Source: Candidatus Multivoradales bacterium (lineage in GTDB: Bacteria > Acidobacteriota > Thermoanaerobaculia > Multivoradales > Multivoraceae). Taken from it: a stretch of 64,000 nt of DNA. Made by a program: the position numbers and the translations under genes. Location: assembly GCA_965223325.1 (NCBI GenBank), contig CBDCWI010000002.1, forward strand, positions 928,001 to 992,000, given 5' to 3'. Under the pieces are notes generated by a model. The model searched no databases, had not been told where the DNA came from, and was given only the letters and a program-made list of their open reading frames with translations. Positions 17,992 to 27,814 of this stretch are shown one piece after another (the stretch's first letter is position 1; every line of letters starts with the position of its first letter).

Positions 17992-19146
17992 TCAGACGCC
18001 CAACCCACGCCCGATGATCTCTTTCATGATCTCGGTGGTTCCGCCGTAGATCGTTTGTACACGAGCATCGAGAAACGCCCGGGCGATGGGGTACTCCGTC
18101 ATGTAGCCGTAGCCACCGTGCAACTGAAGGCAACGATCGGCAACCCGGTTCTGTAGTTCCGTACACCACCACTTGGCCATCGCAGCGTCTTCGGCACTGA
18201 GCTCGCCGGCGTTGAGTGCTTCAACCTGGCGATCGACGAACACCTGCCCGATTTCGAGTTCCGTTTTGAGCTCGGCGAGCAAGAAACGGTTGGCCTGAAA
18301 AGAGCCGATCGGCTTGCCGAACGCTTCGCGCGACCTTGCGTACTCGAGACCGAGTTCGAAGCAGTATCGGGCATGGGCGATGGCGATCACCGCGATGCCG
18401 AGGCGCTCCCGCGGCAGGTTGCGGACCAGGCTGTAGAAACCGGTACCCTCCTCGCCAAGCCGGTTTTTCGTCGGCACCCGCACGTTCTTGAAGAAGAGCT
18501 CTGCCGTGTCCTGGCTCTTGAGGCCGATCTTGTCGAGATTGCGCCCGCGCTCGAAGCCCTCCATGCCATCTTCGATCACCAGAAGACTCACGCCGCGGTG
18601 GCGCTCCTTGGGGTCAGTCTTGACGGCGGTGATGACGAGGTCGGCGTTCATGCCGTTGGTGATGAAGGTCTTCGACCCATTGACGACGTAGTCGTCGCCG
18701 TCACGAATGGCAGTCGTGCTCATACTGGCGAGATCGCTGCCTATTCCGGGTTCACTCATCGCCAGTGCCATCATCGAGTCGCCCGAGACGATTCCAGGCA
18801 GCCAACGAGCCTTCTGTTCCTCGTTGGTCAACTCGAGCAGATACGGCACGCAAACGTCGTTGTGGAGGGTGATGCAAAACCCCGAGGAGCAAACGCCTGC
18901 CTTCTGTAACTCCTCCGCGATCACGGCGTTGAAGCGAAAGTCTGTGACTCCGGTGCCGCCGTACTGCTCGGGCACTTCCATTGCCAAGAGACCCTGTTCG
19001 CCCGCCTTCTTGAACATCTCTTTCGAGACCCGGCCGGCCGCGCCCCACTCTTCGTCGTAGGGTGTGATTTCGCGCTCGGCGAAGCGCCGCACAACGTCAC
19101 GAAATGCTCGGTGAATGTCGTCGTAGAGAGTCCGTTGCACGCTCAC
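17992..19146 (-). CDS. Acyl-CoA dehydrogenase
   Basis: Motifs AMSEPGIGSDL, NGSKTFITNG, QLHGGYGY and IYGGTTEIMK. Confidence 0.97.
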   Translation of the reverse strand: MSVQRTLYDDIHRAFRDVVRRFAEREITPYDEEWGAAGRVSKEMFKKAGEQGLLAMEVPEQYGGTGVTDFRFNAVIAEELQKAGVCSSGFCITLHNDVCVPYLLELTNEEQKARWLPGIVSGDSMMALAMSEPGIGSDLASMSTTAIRDGDDYVVNGSKTFITNGMNADLVITAVKTDPKERHRGVSLLVIEDGMEGFERGRNLDKIGLKSQDTAELFFKNVRVPTKNRLGEEGTGFYSLVRNLPRERLGIAVIAIAHARYCFELGLEYARSREAFGKPIGSFQANRFLLAELKTELEIGQVFVDRQVEALNAGELSAEDAAMAKWWCTELQNRVADRCLQLHGGYGYMTEYPIARAFLDARVQTIYGGTTEIMKEIIGRGLGV

Positions 19147-19340
19147 TGCTCCCGCGCAGCCTTCTAGGGCGGCTTCTTGTTCACTGGTTGGTTAGGGCTC
19201 TGGGGGCGCGAGACATCGTCTTGGGCTCGCGCTCCGCTGGCCAGGATGTGCCTCTCCAGCCTATCCAACGCCTGGCGCCAATTGCACCCGCCCGGACCCG
19301 CTTGAGTAAGCTCCTATCCCTCCGCGACCTCGTCGCCACA

Positions 19341-20969
19341 ATGCCAACGGAGCACCACCGGAGCCGACCCTTGTCTGACGATCGACCTGCCACAACCAGC
19401 CACAGATCGCCACCGCGAAAGCTGCCTCGGTGGTTGCTCATCCAATGGACGAGCGCCGTCGTCGCTACGATCTTCTTCCAGACCGTGGCGCTCGGCGGTG
19501 ATCCGTCGATCAGCAATCTCGCGACCCTGGCGACGGGACTGGTCACGGCGCTCATCACCCTTCTGTGGCTCGCCCTGGCAAGCCCCCTGTCGCAGCGTGC
19601 CCGTTTAGGAGTTGTAGCCACCGTCGTAGGAGCGCTCGCCTTGTTTTTTGGCTTCTACCGTTTCGAGCGCTTGAGCGGGTCGCTGATGCCGGTGTTCGAG
19701 CCGCGCTTCGGCGCCAAACCGTGGAACGCCCTCGAACCCCCGTCCGGGGCGAGTCGGACCGTCGACCTCGAGCGCGAATCGGCGTTCGACTTCCCGGGTT
19801 TTCTCGGCGCCGCACGCAACGCGCGCGTCGACGGTGTAGTGCTCGCCACCGACCTGGAGGCCCGCCCCCCAGAGCTCCTCTGGCGCCATGCGCTGGGTGC
19901 CGGCCTCGGGGGGTTCGCAGTTCGCAACGGGTTCGCCGCAACGCTCGAGCAGCGAGGCGACGTTCAGGCGGTGACGCTCTATGAAGTCGACACCGGCAAA
20001 CTGGTCTGGCTCTACGAATTCGGTCCACAAACTCCCTACGAAGACACGGTCGCCGGCGACGGCCCACGGAGCACGCCCGCGATTGCCGACGGGATGGTCT
20101 TCGCACAGGGTGTCTATGGGGTCGCTGTCGCCCTCGATGGCCGGACAGGCGAAGAGGTGTGGCGCCATGACCTATCGTCTGCGTTTGGCCTCGGCCGCGA
20201 GGCGGAGAGCGAGGTGCTGCCCTACGGTCGGCCGGGCTCACCGCTGGTCGTTGACGACCGGGTCATCTTTCCTGCAGGCGGCAGCCCACCCCGCTCGATC
20301 GTGGCCTTCGACCGCTTCACCGGCGAGCGACTGCTGGTCGCCGGAGAGGAGCAGATCTCGATGGCTTCACCCAACACCGCGACGCTCCACGGTCGTCGCC
20401 AGATCGTCATCACACTCGAAGAGCTGGCGGCCGGGTTCGATCTCGAGACGGGCGAGCAGCTGTGGGAGATTCCGTGGCCGGGATCGAGTAGCGGGGCAGC
20501 CAACGTCTCGCAAGCGGTCGCCATCGAGCCCGACCGGGTGCTGCTGTCAAAGGGCTACGGCCAGGGCGCAGCGCTCTTCCGGCTGAGTAAGAGCTTCGAG
20601 CCCAGCGAAGTCTGGCAGTCGTCGCGCGTGCTGAAGACCAAATTCACCAACGTCGCCATCGACGGTGAGACCGTCTATGGACTCTCAGAGGGTATTCTCG
20701 AGGCCGTCGACCTGGCGACCGGAGACCGCCGCTGGAAGGGTGGGCGCTTCGGCCACGGCCAGACCCTTCTGGTGGGAGGAGTGATCCTGGTCCTCGCCGA
20801 AGATGGCGAAGTGGTGTATGTCAGAGCCTCCCCAGATGAGGGGCCCGAGGTTCTCGCCCGCTTCCAGGCCCTTCGAGGTCAGACCTGGAACAACTTCGCC
20901 CTGGCGGGAGACCGGCTGGTGGTGCGCAACGGCCGTGAGGCGGCGGTCTACCGTCTGCCGACCGACTAG
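19341..20969 (+). CDS. PQQ-binding-like beta-propeller repeat membrane protein
   Basis: N-terminal TMs; FPGFLG, GPRSTP and repeated xxDxxTGxxxW motifs. Confidence 0.85.
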   Translation: MPTEHHRSRPLSDDRPATTSHRSPPRKLPRWLLIQWTSAVVATIFFQTVALGGDPSISNLATLATGLVTALITLLWLALASPLSQRARLGVVATVVGALALFFGFYRFERLSGSLMPVFEPRFGAKPWNALEPPSGASRTVDLERESAFDFPGFLGAARNARVDGVVLATDLEARPPELLWRHALGAGLGGFAVRNGFAATLEQRGDVQAVTLYEVDTGKLVWLYEFGPQTPYEDTVAGDGPRSTPAIADGMVFAQGVYGVAVALDGRTGEEVWRHDLSSAFGLGREAESEVLPYGRPGSPLVVDDRVIFPAGGSPPRSIVAFDRFTGERLLVAGEEQISMASPNTATLHGRRQIVITLEELAAGFDLETGEQLWEIPWPGSSSGAANVSQAVAIEPDRVLLSKGYGQGAALFRLSKSFEPSEVWQSSRVLKTKFTNVAIDGETVYGLSEGILEAVDLATGDRRWKGGRFGHGQTLLVGGVILVLAEDGEVVYVRASPDEGPEVLARFQALRGQTWNNFALAGDRLVVRNGREAAVYRLPTD

Positions 20970-20971
20970 CC

Positions 20972-21742
20972 TCAGGGGCCGCCGCCGTTGACGGCGATCC
21001 GCTGGCCCGAGACGTAGGACGCCTGGTCCGAAACCAGAAAGCGCACCGTGTTGGCGATGTCCTCGGGCTGGCACACGCGACCGAAAGGCATCGAAGCGTC
21101 GAGCTCGCGCAGATCCTCGACTCCCGAGCGCGCCTTCATCAGACGTCGCCCCATCTCGGTCTCCACCAGGCCTGGTAAGACCACGTTCACCCGCACACCT
21201 TCGGGGCGTAGCTCTTTGGCAAGGGTCAACGCCAGGGCCTCCATTGCCGCTTTGCCCATGTTGTACGGCCCACCCCGCGCGCTGTTTGACAGCGTTGCAA
21301 CGCTCGAGATCATCACGACGTCGGCACGCTGGTGAGACACCAGGTCTGGAATCAGCAACTGGGTCAATCGGTGCGGCGCCAGGGCGTGAACGCGAACCAC
21401 GCGCTCGAGCTCGTCGGGATCGGTCTCGAGAACCGTGTTGCCGCGCGATGCGATGCCAGCGTTGTGAACCAGAATCGACGGCGCACCCAGCTCTTCGCGG
21501 ATCGTGGCCACCATCTCCAGCAGCTGATCTTCGGCGTCAACCGACGCCTGACAGGCAATCGCCCGCCGACCGCACGCCTCGACCGCGGCGCAGGTCTCGA
21601 TGGCCGCTTCACGGTCGCGCCGGTAGTTGACCGCGACGTCGGCACCATCCTCCGCCAGCGCCAGGGCAATGGCGCGTCCGATTCCACGGCTGCTCCCGGT
21701 GACCAGGGCCACCCGGGCGTTCGAATCGCTGGTGACCGACAT
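20972..21742 (-). CDS. SDR family oxidoreductase
   Basis: Motifs TGSSRGIG, HNAGI and YNMGK. Confidence 0.93.
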   Translation of the reverse strand: MSVTSDSNARVALVTGSSRGIGRAIALALAEDGADVAVNYRRDREAAIETCAAVEACGRRAIACQASVDAEDQLLEMVATIREELGAPSILVHNAGIASRGNTVLETDPDELERVVRVHALAPHRLTQLLIPDLVSHQRADVVMISSVATLSNSARGGPYNMGKAAMEALALTLAKELRPEGVRVNVVLPGLVETEMGRRLMKARSGVEDLRELDASMPFGRVCQPEDIANTVRFLVSDQASYVSGQRIAVNGGGP

Positions 21743-21942
21743 GAGCAGGAGTCCTCTGACGTCTCTTCGATACGCGGCACACTGGCACCCTACCGAAGGC
21801 ACTGGTCGAGGGTGGGCGGGAGGGTTTCAGGCGCGTTTCTGGCCTGCTTCTGGCGCCGGCCTCTCAGCCCCGCCAAGCGGCCGAAGGACGCCGAGAGGCA
21901 AGAAATCACTATGTAGAAATAGTAACGCCTGCAACAATCCCT

Positions 21943-22027
21943 GATCTGTAGTATCCTATAGATCTGGCCAGAAAGCCCAGAAATTGGGCTTTTCCAACAC
22001 CTTGATATCTCCTTTTCTTGGTATACT
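21943..22027 (+). promoter_or_regulatory. AT-rich promoter region with two palindromes and an extended -10
   Basis: GATCTGTAG/CTATAGATC (21943-21964), AAAGCCCA/TGGGCTTT (21972-21992) and TG-G-TATACT (22019-22027). Confidence 0.45.
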
Positions 22028-22060
22028 TAGTGTTCAGCCAGGCGAGAGCTGTCTATCCAT

Positions 22061-23257
22061 ATGCCTATTTCAACCAATGAATCCAAGGGAATCCCCTCGG
22101 ATCGAAAGACCCAGCGAGCCCGGGTCCTGGTCGTCGATGACGAGCCCCTCCTGCGGGAGCTCATGGCGACTGTTCTCGAGGCCGCAGGGCACACCGTCAC
22201 CCTCGCCGGTGGCGCCCGCGAAGGGCTCCTGATTGCCGCCCGTGACCCCTTCGATCTGGCGATCGTTGACTACGAAATGCCGGGCACGAACGGTCTGCGG
22301 GTGCTCGACGAGCTGCGCGAGCTGCAACCGCACTGCCAGCGGATTCTCTGCTCGGGCAACCTCGACGTGCCAACTGTTATCGAAGCCGTCAATCGCGGCG
22401 AGATCACGCGCGTGCTTGCCAAACCGGTCGACCGCGCGCTGTTTCTCGAAGCGGTCGACGAAAGTCTCGAGGCACGCGACCTGCAAACCGGTCCCAACTG
22501 CTGGAGCCTCGAGAAGCAACGCCAGGACCTCGAAGAGTGCCTCGGCAATGACTACGTCAGCCTCGCCCTGCAACCCATCTGCGCCCGCGATCGCTCGGTC
22601 ACCGCCTTCGAGGCTCTCCTGCGCAGCAGCCATCCGGTCCTCGACTCGCCAGTCGCCGTCCTGCGCGCCGCCGAAGCCCACAGCCAGCTCGACGCCCTCG
22701 CGGACGTGATCGCCGATCTCTCGCTCGAGCGTATGGCCGAGCTCGCCGGGGACTGGAAGCTGTTCATCAACGCCCACCCCAAGGAACTGACCAACCCTGC
22801 CCTTCTCGAGAAACGCCTGGCGCGACTCGCAGATCATCGCCATCGTCTGGTCATCGAAATCACCGAGCGCACCTACCTGCTCGAGCTCAAGGACTGGGCC
22901 ACCTCGATTCGCATGCTCAGCGATGCCGGGTTCGAGCTCGCGGTCGACGACCTCGGTGCCGGTTACAACTCGCTCGTCGTGCTGGCTGAACTCCAGCCGA
23001 ACTACCTCAAGGTCGACATGTCAATGATTCGCAACGTCCACAATGACGAACGCAAGCAGCGCTTGATCGAGATGCTGGTGAAGTTCGCGGAGTCGACCAA
23101 CGCGCGGGTGGTTGCTGAGGGCATCGAGGTTCCCGAGGAGGCGGCCGCCCTACTCGACTGCGGCGTCCACATGTTGCAGGGCTATTGGCTCGGTCGTCCA
23201 ACAACGGACATCGAAGAGTCGCGAGCTCGCCTGGCCGCCGAACAACTACCGCTCTAG
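22061..23257 (+). CDS. Response regulator receiver-EAL domain protein (c-di-GMP phosphodiesterase)
   Basis: REC motifs VVDDE, DYEMPG and AKP; EAL motifs FEALLR, EITE, DDLGAGYNS, AEGIE and QGY. Confidence 0.93.
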   Translation: MPISTNESKGIPSDRKTQRARVLVVDDEPLLRELMATVLEAAGHTVTLAGGAREGLLIAARDPFDLAIVDYEMPGTNGLRVLDELRELQPHCQRILCSGNLDVPTVIEAVNRGEITRVLAKPVDRALFLEAVDESLEARDLQTGPNCWSLEKQRQDLEECLGNDYVSLALQPICARDRSVTAFEALLRSSHPVLDSPVAVLRAAEAHSQLDALADVIADLSLERMAELAGDWKLFINAHPKELTNPALLEKRLARLADHRHRLVIEITERTYLLELKDWATSIRMLSDAGFELAVDDLGAGYNSLVVLAELQPNYLKVDMSMIRNVHNDERKQRLIEMLVKFAESTNARVVAEGIEVPEEAAALLDCGVHMLQGYWLGRPTTDIEESRARLAAEQLPL

Positions 23258-23316
23258 CCGGATACCGCAGCACGCGCCGGATCCGCGTTGCTGTCGTGAT
23301 GCGACATCATGGGGGC

Positions 23317-24591
23317 ATGCCCCATCTGTCGCTCGAAGAGTTCGAGAATCTGCTGCCGGCGCTCCTTCGCCAGTCGCCCGCGGACCGACCGACCCGCCTG
23401 TTTTTCTCGGGCGGCAAAGCCGAGCCGTGCTCCTTGACCGCCGCCCTCGGTCGACAACGTGAGGCGGCAGCCAGCATCGAAATCGTCGAAACCCGCCTGC
23501 CAGGTTTTCGAACAGAAACCTACGCCGACTGGCACGACTGCCGGGTCACCGTCACCTTCCTGCCACGCGAACTCCAGCCCGCGGCACGACGTGGCGTCGT
23601 GCGCTTCGTACCGCTCCACTATCGCGACACCTGGGACTGGCTCGCCGCGCAGACCTTCGACGTCGCGTTCGTCGAGGTCACACCGCCCGACGCAAAGGGT
23701 CGTTCGGGCTTCGGCCTGACCGCCGACTTCGCCCCGGCAGTGCTCGAGAACTCGAAGTGCCTGATCGCCGAGGTCAACCGTGCCCTGCCCGACCTCCCCG
23801 GCGCGCCGCGCATCGAACTCGAACGGTTCGACTATGCCGTCGAAACAGAACGCGCCCCGAAGGCGACGTCGCCACCCGCCGCCAGTGAAACCACCGCCGC
23901 CATCGCCCGCCACGTCGCGACCCTGGTTCCTGATGGAGCTTGCCTGCAAACCGGTCTGGGCGCGATTCCCGACGCGGTGCTCGCCAACTTGGACGATCGC
24001 CGCGGTCTGGGCTGCCACTCGGGGATGATCGGGGACGGGATGATGAAGCTCGCCTCGAGCGGCGCCCTCGACGGTTCGCAGAAACCACTCGACCGCAAGC
24101 TGCATGTCACCGGCTTCGTGCATGGCTCTCAGGAACTCTACGCCTGGGCAAGAGATGAACCGCGGGTCGTTCTACGCACGGTCGACTACACCCACGACCC
24201 GCGGATCATCAGCCATCTCGACGGTTTCATCGCCATCAACTCAGCGATCGAGATCGACCTGGAGGGCCAGGTCAACGCCGAGACGGTGCGCGGCCAGCAG
24301 ATCTCTGGTGTCGGTGGTTCGATCGACTTCGCACGTGGCGCCGCGCGCGCTGTGAACGGGCGCTCGATCATCGCCTTGCCAGCCACGGCGCGGCGCGGTG
24401 AGGTCTCTCGCATCGTAGGCACACTGCCGCCTGAAACGCCGGTCACCGCTTCGCGCAACGACGTCGACACGGTAGTCACCGAGTTTGGCGTCGCTCACCT
24501 CCGCGGCCTGTCGTCGCGCGAGCGCGCCGAGGCGCTCATCGGGATTGCCGCTCCGCGCTTCCAGCCCGATCTCGAAGCCAGCCTGCGCTAA
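23317..24591 (+). CDS. Acetyl-CoA hydrolase/4-hydroxybutyrate CoA-transferase family protein
   Basis: Motifs LQTGLGAIPDAV, INSAIEIDLEGQV, SGVGGSIDF and VVTEFGVA. Confidence 0.92.
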   Translation: MPHLSLEEFENLLPALLRQSPADRPTRLFFSGGKAEPCSLTAALGRQREAAASIEIVETRLPGFRTETYADWHDCRVTVTFLPRELQPAARRGVVRFVPLHYRDTWDWLAAQTFDVAFVEVTPPDAKGRSGFGLTADFAPAVLENSKCLIAEVNRALPDLPGAPRIELERFDYAVETERAPKATSPPAASETTAAIARHVATLVPDGACLQTGLGAIPDAVLANLDDRRGLGCHSGMIGDGMMKLASSGALDGSQKPLDRKLHVTGFVHGSQELYAWARDEPRVVLRTVDYTHDPRIISHLDGFIAINSAIEIDLEGQVNAETVRGQQISGVGGSIDFARGAARAVNGRSIIALPATARRGEVSRIVGTLPPETPVTASRNDVDTVVTEFGVAHLRGLSSRERAEALIGIAAPRFQPDLEASLR

Positions 24592-24623
24592 ACGACCTCT
24601 GGCACCCATGACCGACCACGGCG

Positions 24624-24689
24624 CTAGATTCCTAGACCTCTGAAACCAGGTTTTCTGAATCAGGTCTTGTGTTGGTCAAGGAATCCGAG
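24624..24689. repeat. Short inverted-repeat element (MITE/REP-like)
   Basis: GATTCCTAGACC (24627-24638) and GGTCAAGGAATC (24674-24685) pair at 11 of 12 positions; CTAG at the left end. Confidence 0.55.
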
Positions 24690-24723
24690 GCGCAGCGCGC
24701 AGCGCTGCTTGCCGGGAAGCACG

Positions 24724-24820
24724 TCTAGCGAGGGTCGTGGTAGGACCGCCGGACGCGTTCCCAACTCAGGGGCACGCTTGTCGGTCCGAGGAAGCGGTGA
24801 ACACCGCGACCCTCGCTAGA
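24724..24820. repeat. CTAG-bounded inverted-repeat element (MITE-like)
   Basis: TCTAGCGAGGGTCGTGGT and ACCGCGACCCTCGCTAGA match at 17 of 18 positions. The right CTAG contains the stop codon of the acyl-CoA ligase. Confidence 0.7.
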
Positions 24821-26390
24821 TCTTCCTTCCGGCCCCCTCCCAGTAGGGCTTGCGCAGCTCGCGCTTGAGGACCTTCATGGCTCCCGAGAGCGGCAGCGGC
24901 TCGCTCCGGAACTCGACCGACTTAGGCACCTTGTAGCCGGCGATGGTCCCGCGGGCGTGTTCCTGAATCTCCTCGGCGGTGCACTCTGCGCCGGGCTTGG
25001 TAACGACAATGGCGTGCACCTGCTCGACCCAGAGGTCGTGAGGAATGCCGATGACGGCGACCTGGGCAACGGCGGGGTGGGTCGAAATGGCGTTCTCGAC
25101 CTCCGAGGAGTAGACATTCTCGCCGCCGGTCACGATCATGTCTTTGACCCTGTCGACCAGGTAGAGGTAGCCATCCTCGTCGAGATAGCCCGCGTCGCCC
25201 GTGTGGTACCAACCTCCGCGGAAGGCCTCGGCGGTCTCCTCCTCCTTGTTCCAGTAACGGTCCATGTAGTTGCCGCCCTTGGCGCACACCTCGCCAACTT
25301 CGCCGGTGGCGACCTGGTTACCCTCCTCGTCCTGAATCTGCAAGACGATGCCCGTAAGCGGCCGGCCAACCGAGCGCAGAACATCACCCCCTTGCCGATG
25401 TTCCTCGGGACCCAGGAAGGTGAGAACCGAGCTCGACTCGGTCATACCGTAGCCCTGCGAAATGTCCATCTCGGGGTAGAGCTCGAGCAACTTCTCGAGC
25501 AGCGCCGCGGGCATCGGCGAGGCGCCGTAGGTGAGCGACTGGAGAGACGCGAGGCGCTCCGGGCGAAACTCGGGGTGTGCCATGACCATGCCGATCATTG
25601 TCGGCACCATGGTCGTCTGGGTGACCCCGTGCTTCTCGATCTCATCTAGAACCCGGCCAGGATCGAACATTGGAATGGTGACCAGCACGCCGCCCGCACC
25701 CGGAGTCGCCAGAATCCCAATGATCGAGGCGGCATGGAACATCGGCGTCTGCATGAGTGACACTTCTCCCTCGTTCAGGCGATCGAAGCGCATCTGCACG
25801 TGGTAGCAGTTGAGCATCTCAGCGCGCTGACTCACCAAGACGCCCTTGGGCAGGCCGGTGGTGCCGCCGGTATACATGAGGACCACCGGGTCTTCTTCCT
25901 CCGGCTCAGCCGGCGCCACCGGTTGCGCTGCGGCGAGTAGATCTTCATAGCCGATGTCACAGCCCTGGTCCCCTTCACCGATCAGCACCAACTTCCGAAT
26001 CGGGCTCTTGGAATCGCTCTCCGCCATCGCCCGTGTGAACACTTCGTGAAAGTGCGCGTCGACGAACACCACCTCGGTCCCTGAGTCGCGCACGATGTAG
26101 TCGAGCTCGGGACCGGCCAGGCGCAGATTGAGCGGGTTGATCACCCCCGCTCCAAGGAAGGCTGCATGGTAGAGCTCCAGGTACTCGTGGCCGTTCACCG
26201 CCATGACGGCAAAGCGGTCGCGGGGTCCTAGCCCGAGTTGATTCTCGAGGGCGTGCGCCAAGCGCAAGACGCGCTCCTGGTGCTGATTGAAGGTCGTCTG
26301 GTACTCGCCGTCGATCACCCCGACCTTCTTGGCGCAGCGCTCCATCGCCGGGAAGAACATCCGTGGATAGACCAACTCTTTCATCGCCAT
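24816..26390 (-). CDS. Long-chain fatty-acid--CoA ligase (AMP-binding)
   Basis: Motifs YTGGTTGLPKG, QGYGMTE, WYHTGD, DRVKDMIVTGGENV and KVPK. Confidence 0.96.
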   Translation of the reverse strand: MAMKELVYPRMFFPAMERCAKKVGVIDGEYQTTFNQHQERVLRLAHALENQLGLGPRDRFAVMAVNGHEYLELYHAAFLGAGVINPLNLRLAGPELDYIVRDSGTEVVFVDAHFHEVFTRAMAESDSKSPIRKLVLIGEGDQGCDIGYEDLLAAAQPVAPAEPEEEDPVVLMYTGGTTGLPKGVLVSQRAEMLNCYHVQMRFDRLNEGEVSLMQTPMFHAASIIGILATPGAGGVLVTIPMFDPGRVLDEIEKHGVTQTTMVPTMIGMVMAHPEFRPERLASLQSLTYGASPMPAALLEKLLELYPEMDISQGYGMTESSSVLTFLGPEEHRQGGDVLRSVGRPLTGIVLQIQDEEGNQVATGEVGEVCAKGGNYMDRYWNKEEETAEAFRGGWYHTGDAGYLDEDGYLYLVDRVKDMIVTGGENVYSSEVENAISTHPAVAQVAVIGIPHDLWVEQVHAIVVTKPGAECTAEEIQEHARGTIAGYKVPKSVEFRSEPLPLSGAMKVLKRELRKPYWEGAGRKI

Positions 26391-26529
26391 CTGGAACTCT
26401 CCTGGCACCCGGGAGTTTCGGACACCGGCTCTTTGAAGGGGGCCGCTCATGGTAACCCGAGCGATCCCAGCCGCTCTCTCCTCGACGTACTAGAGTCAGC
26501 CCACACTCGTAGACCGCCGGAGATGAGGA

Positions 26530-27771
26530 ATGAGCGACCCCAGCGCGCCAGAGAACCAGACAACAGCCGCGAGCCGCGTCCTCGACGGCATCCGCGTCCT
26601 CGACTTCGGCCGCTACATCGCGGGACCGTTCTGCGCCGCACTACTCGGCGACATGGGAGCCGAGGTGATTCGTATCGAGAAGGTACGTGGTAGCGAAGAC
26701 CGCTGGGTCGCGCCGGTCACTGAAACTGGCGAGGGCGGGCTCTTCCTGCAGATGAACCGCAACAAGAAGTCGGTCACCCTGAACCCGATGAAGCCCGAGG
26801 GCCGCGAGATCACCAAGAAGCTCATTGCAACCGCCGACGTGGTCGTCGCCAACCTTCCCCCGCAAACCCTCGAAGCAATGGGGCTCGACCTCGCCAGCCT
26901 GCACTCTGTCAAGCCCGACGTGATTCTGACCACGGTCTCAGCCTACGGACGCGGCGGCCCGTACTCCGACCGAGTCGGTTTCGACGGCATCGGCCAGGTC
27001 ATGTCGAGCGCCGTCTACATGGGTGGTGACGAAGGAGAACCGAAGCGTGCCGCCGTTGCCTGGGTCGACTTCGGCACCGCGCTGTCGTGCGCCTTTGGCA
27101 CGATGGGCGCCCTCATGCATCGTTTGAAGACCGGCCAGGCGCAGCAGGTCGAAGGCTCGCTCCTCCACACCGCCATCACATTCACCAATGCCGCGCTCAT
27201 CGAGCAGGCGGTGATTCAGCGCAACCGAAAACCGACCGGTAACCTCGGTCAGACTTCGGCGCCATCCGACCTCTACCAGACGAAGAACGGTTGGATTCTC
27301 TGTCAGGTCATCGGCCAGCCTCTCTTCGATCGCTGGGCGAATCTGATGATCGCCGACGGGAACGAAGGCGAGGTCGACTGGCTCGCCGACGAGCGCTTCA
27401 CCGACGACCTGGCGCGCGGCGACAACGGGCCGGTGATCTCCGAGCGAATGGGCCGCTGGACGGCTAGCCGCACCACCGAAGAGGCGCTCGAGATTCTCGG
27501 CGAGGCGCGCATTCCTGCCGGCCCGGTCTACTCGATGCAGGAGACCCTCGACGACCCACACATTCAAGAAGTCGGCTTCTTCCAGTATCTCGACTACCCA
27601 GGCGCCCCACGGCCGGCGCCGGTCTCTCGGACCCAGGTGCTCCTCAGCGAGACTCCCGCCCGCATCAACCGACGTGCCCCGACGCTCGGCGAACATACCG
27701 ACGAGGTGTTGGGCGCGCTCGGCTACGACCAGGCGACGCTCGACGACCTACGAACAAAGCGTGTGATCTAG
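26530..27771 (+). CDS. CaiB/BaiF family (class III) CoA-transferase
   Basis: Motifs LDGIRVLD, LGDMGAEVIRIE, NRNKKS and APTLGEHTDEVL. Confidence 0.95.
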   Translation: MSDPSAPENQTTAASRVLDGIRVLDFGRYIAGPFCAALLGDMGAEVIRIEKVRGSEDRWVAPVTETGEGGLFLQMNRNKKSVTLNPMKPEGREITKKLIATADVVVANLPPQTLEAMGLDLASLHSVKPDVILTTVSAYGRGGPYSDRVGFDGIGQVMSSAVYMGGDEGEPKRAAVAWVDFGTALSCAFGTMGALMHRLKTGQAQQVEGSLLHTAITFTNAALIEQAVIQRNRKPTGNLGQTSAPSDLYQTKNGWILCQVIGQPLFDRWANLMIADGNEGEVDWLADERFTDDLARGDNGPVISERMGRWTASRTTEEALEILGEARIPAGPVYSMQETLDDPHIQEVGFFQYLDYPGAPRPAPVSRTQVLLSETPARINRRAPTLGEHTDEVLGALGYDQATLDDLRTKRVI

Positions 27772-27814
27772 CGCTCCTGCTGTATCGCCCGCGACCCCGC
27801 TCTACACTCCCACC

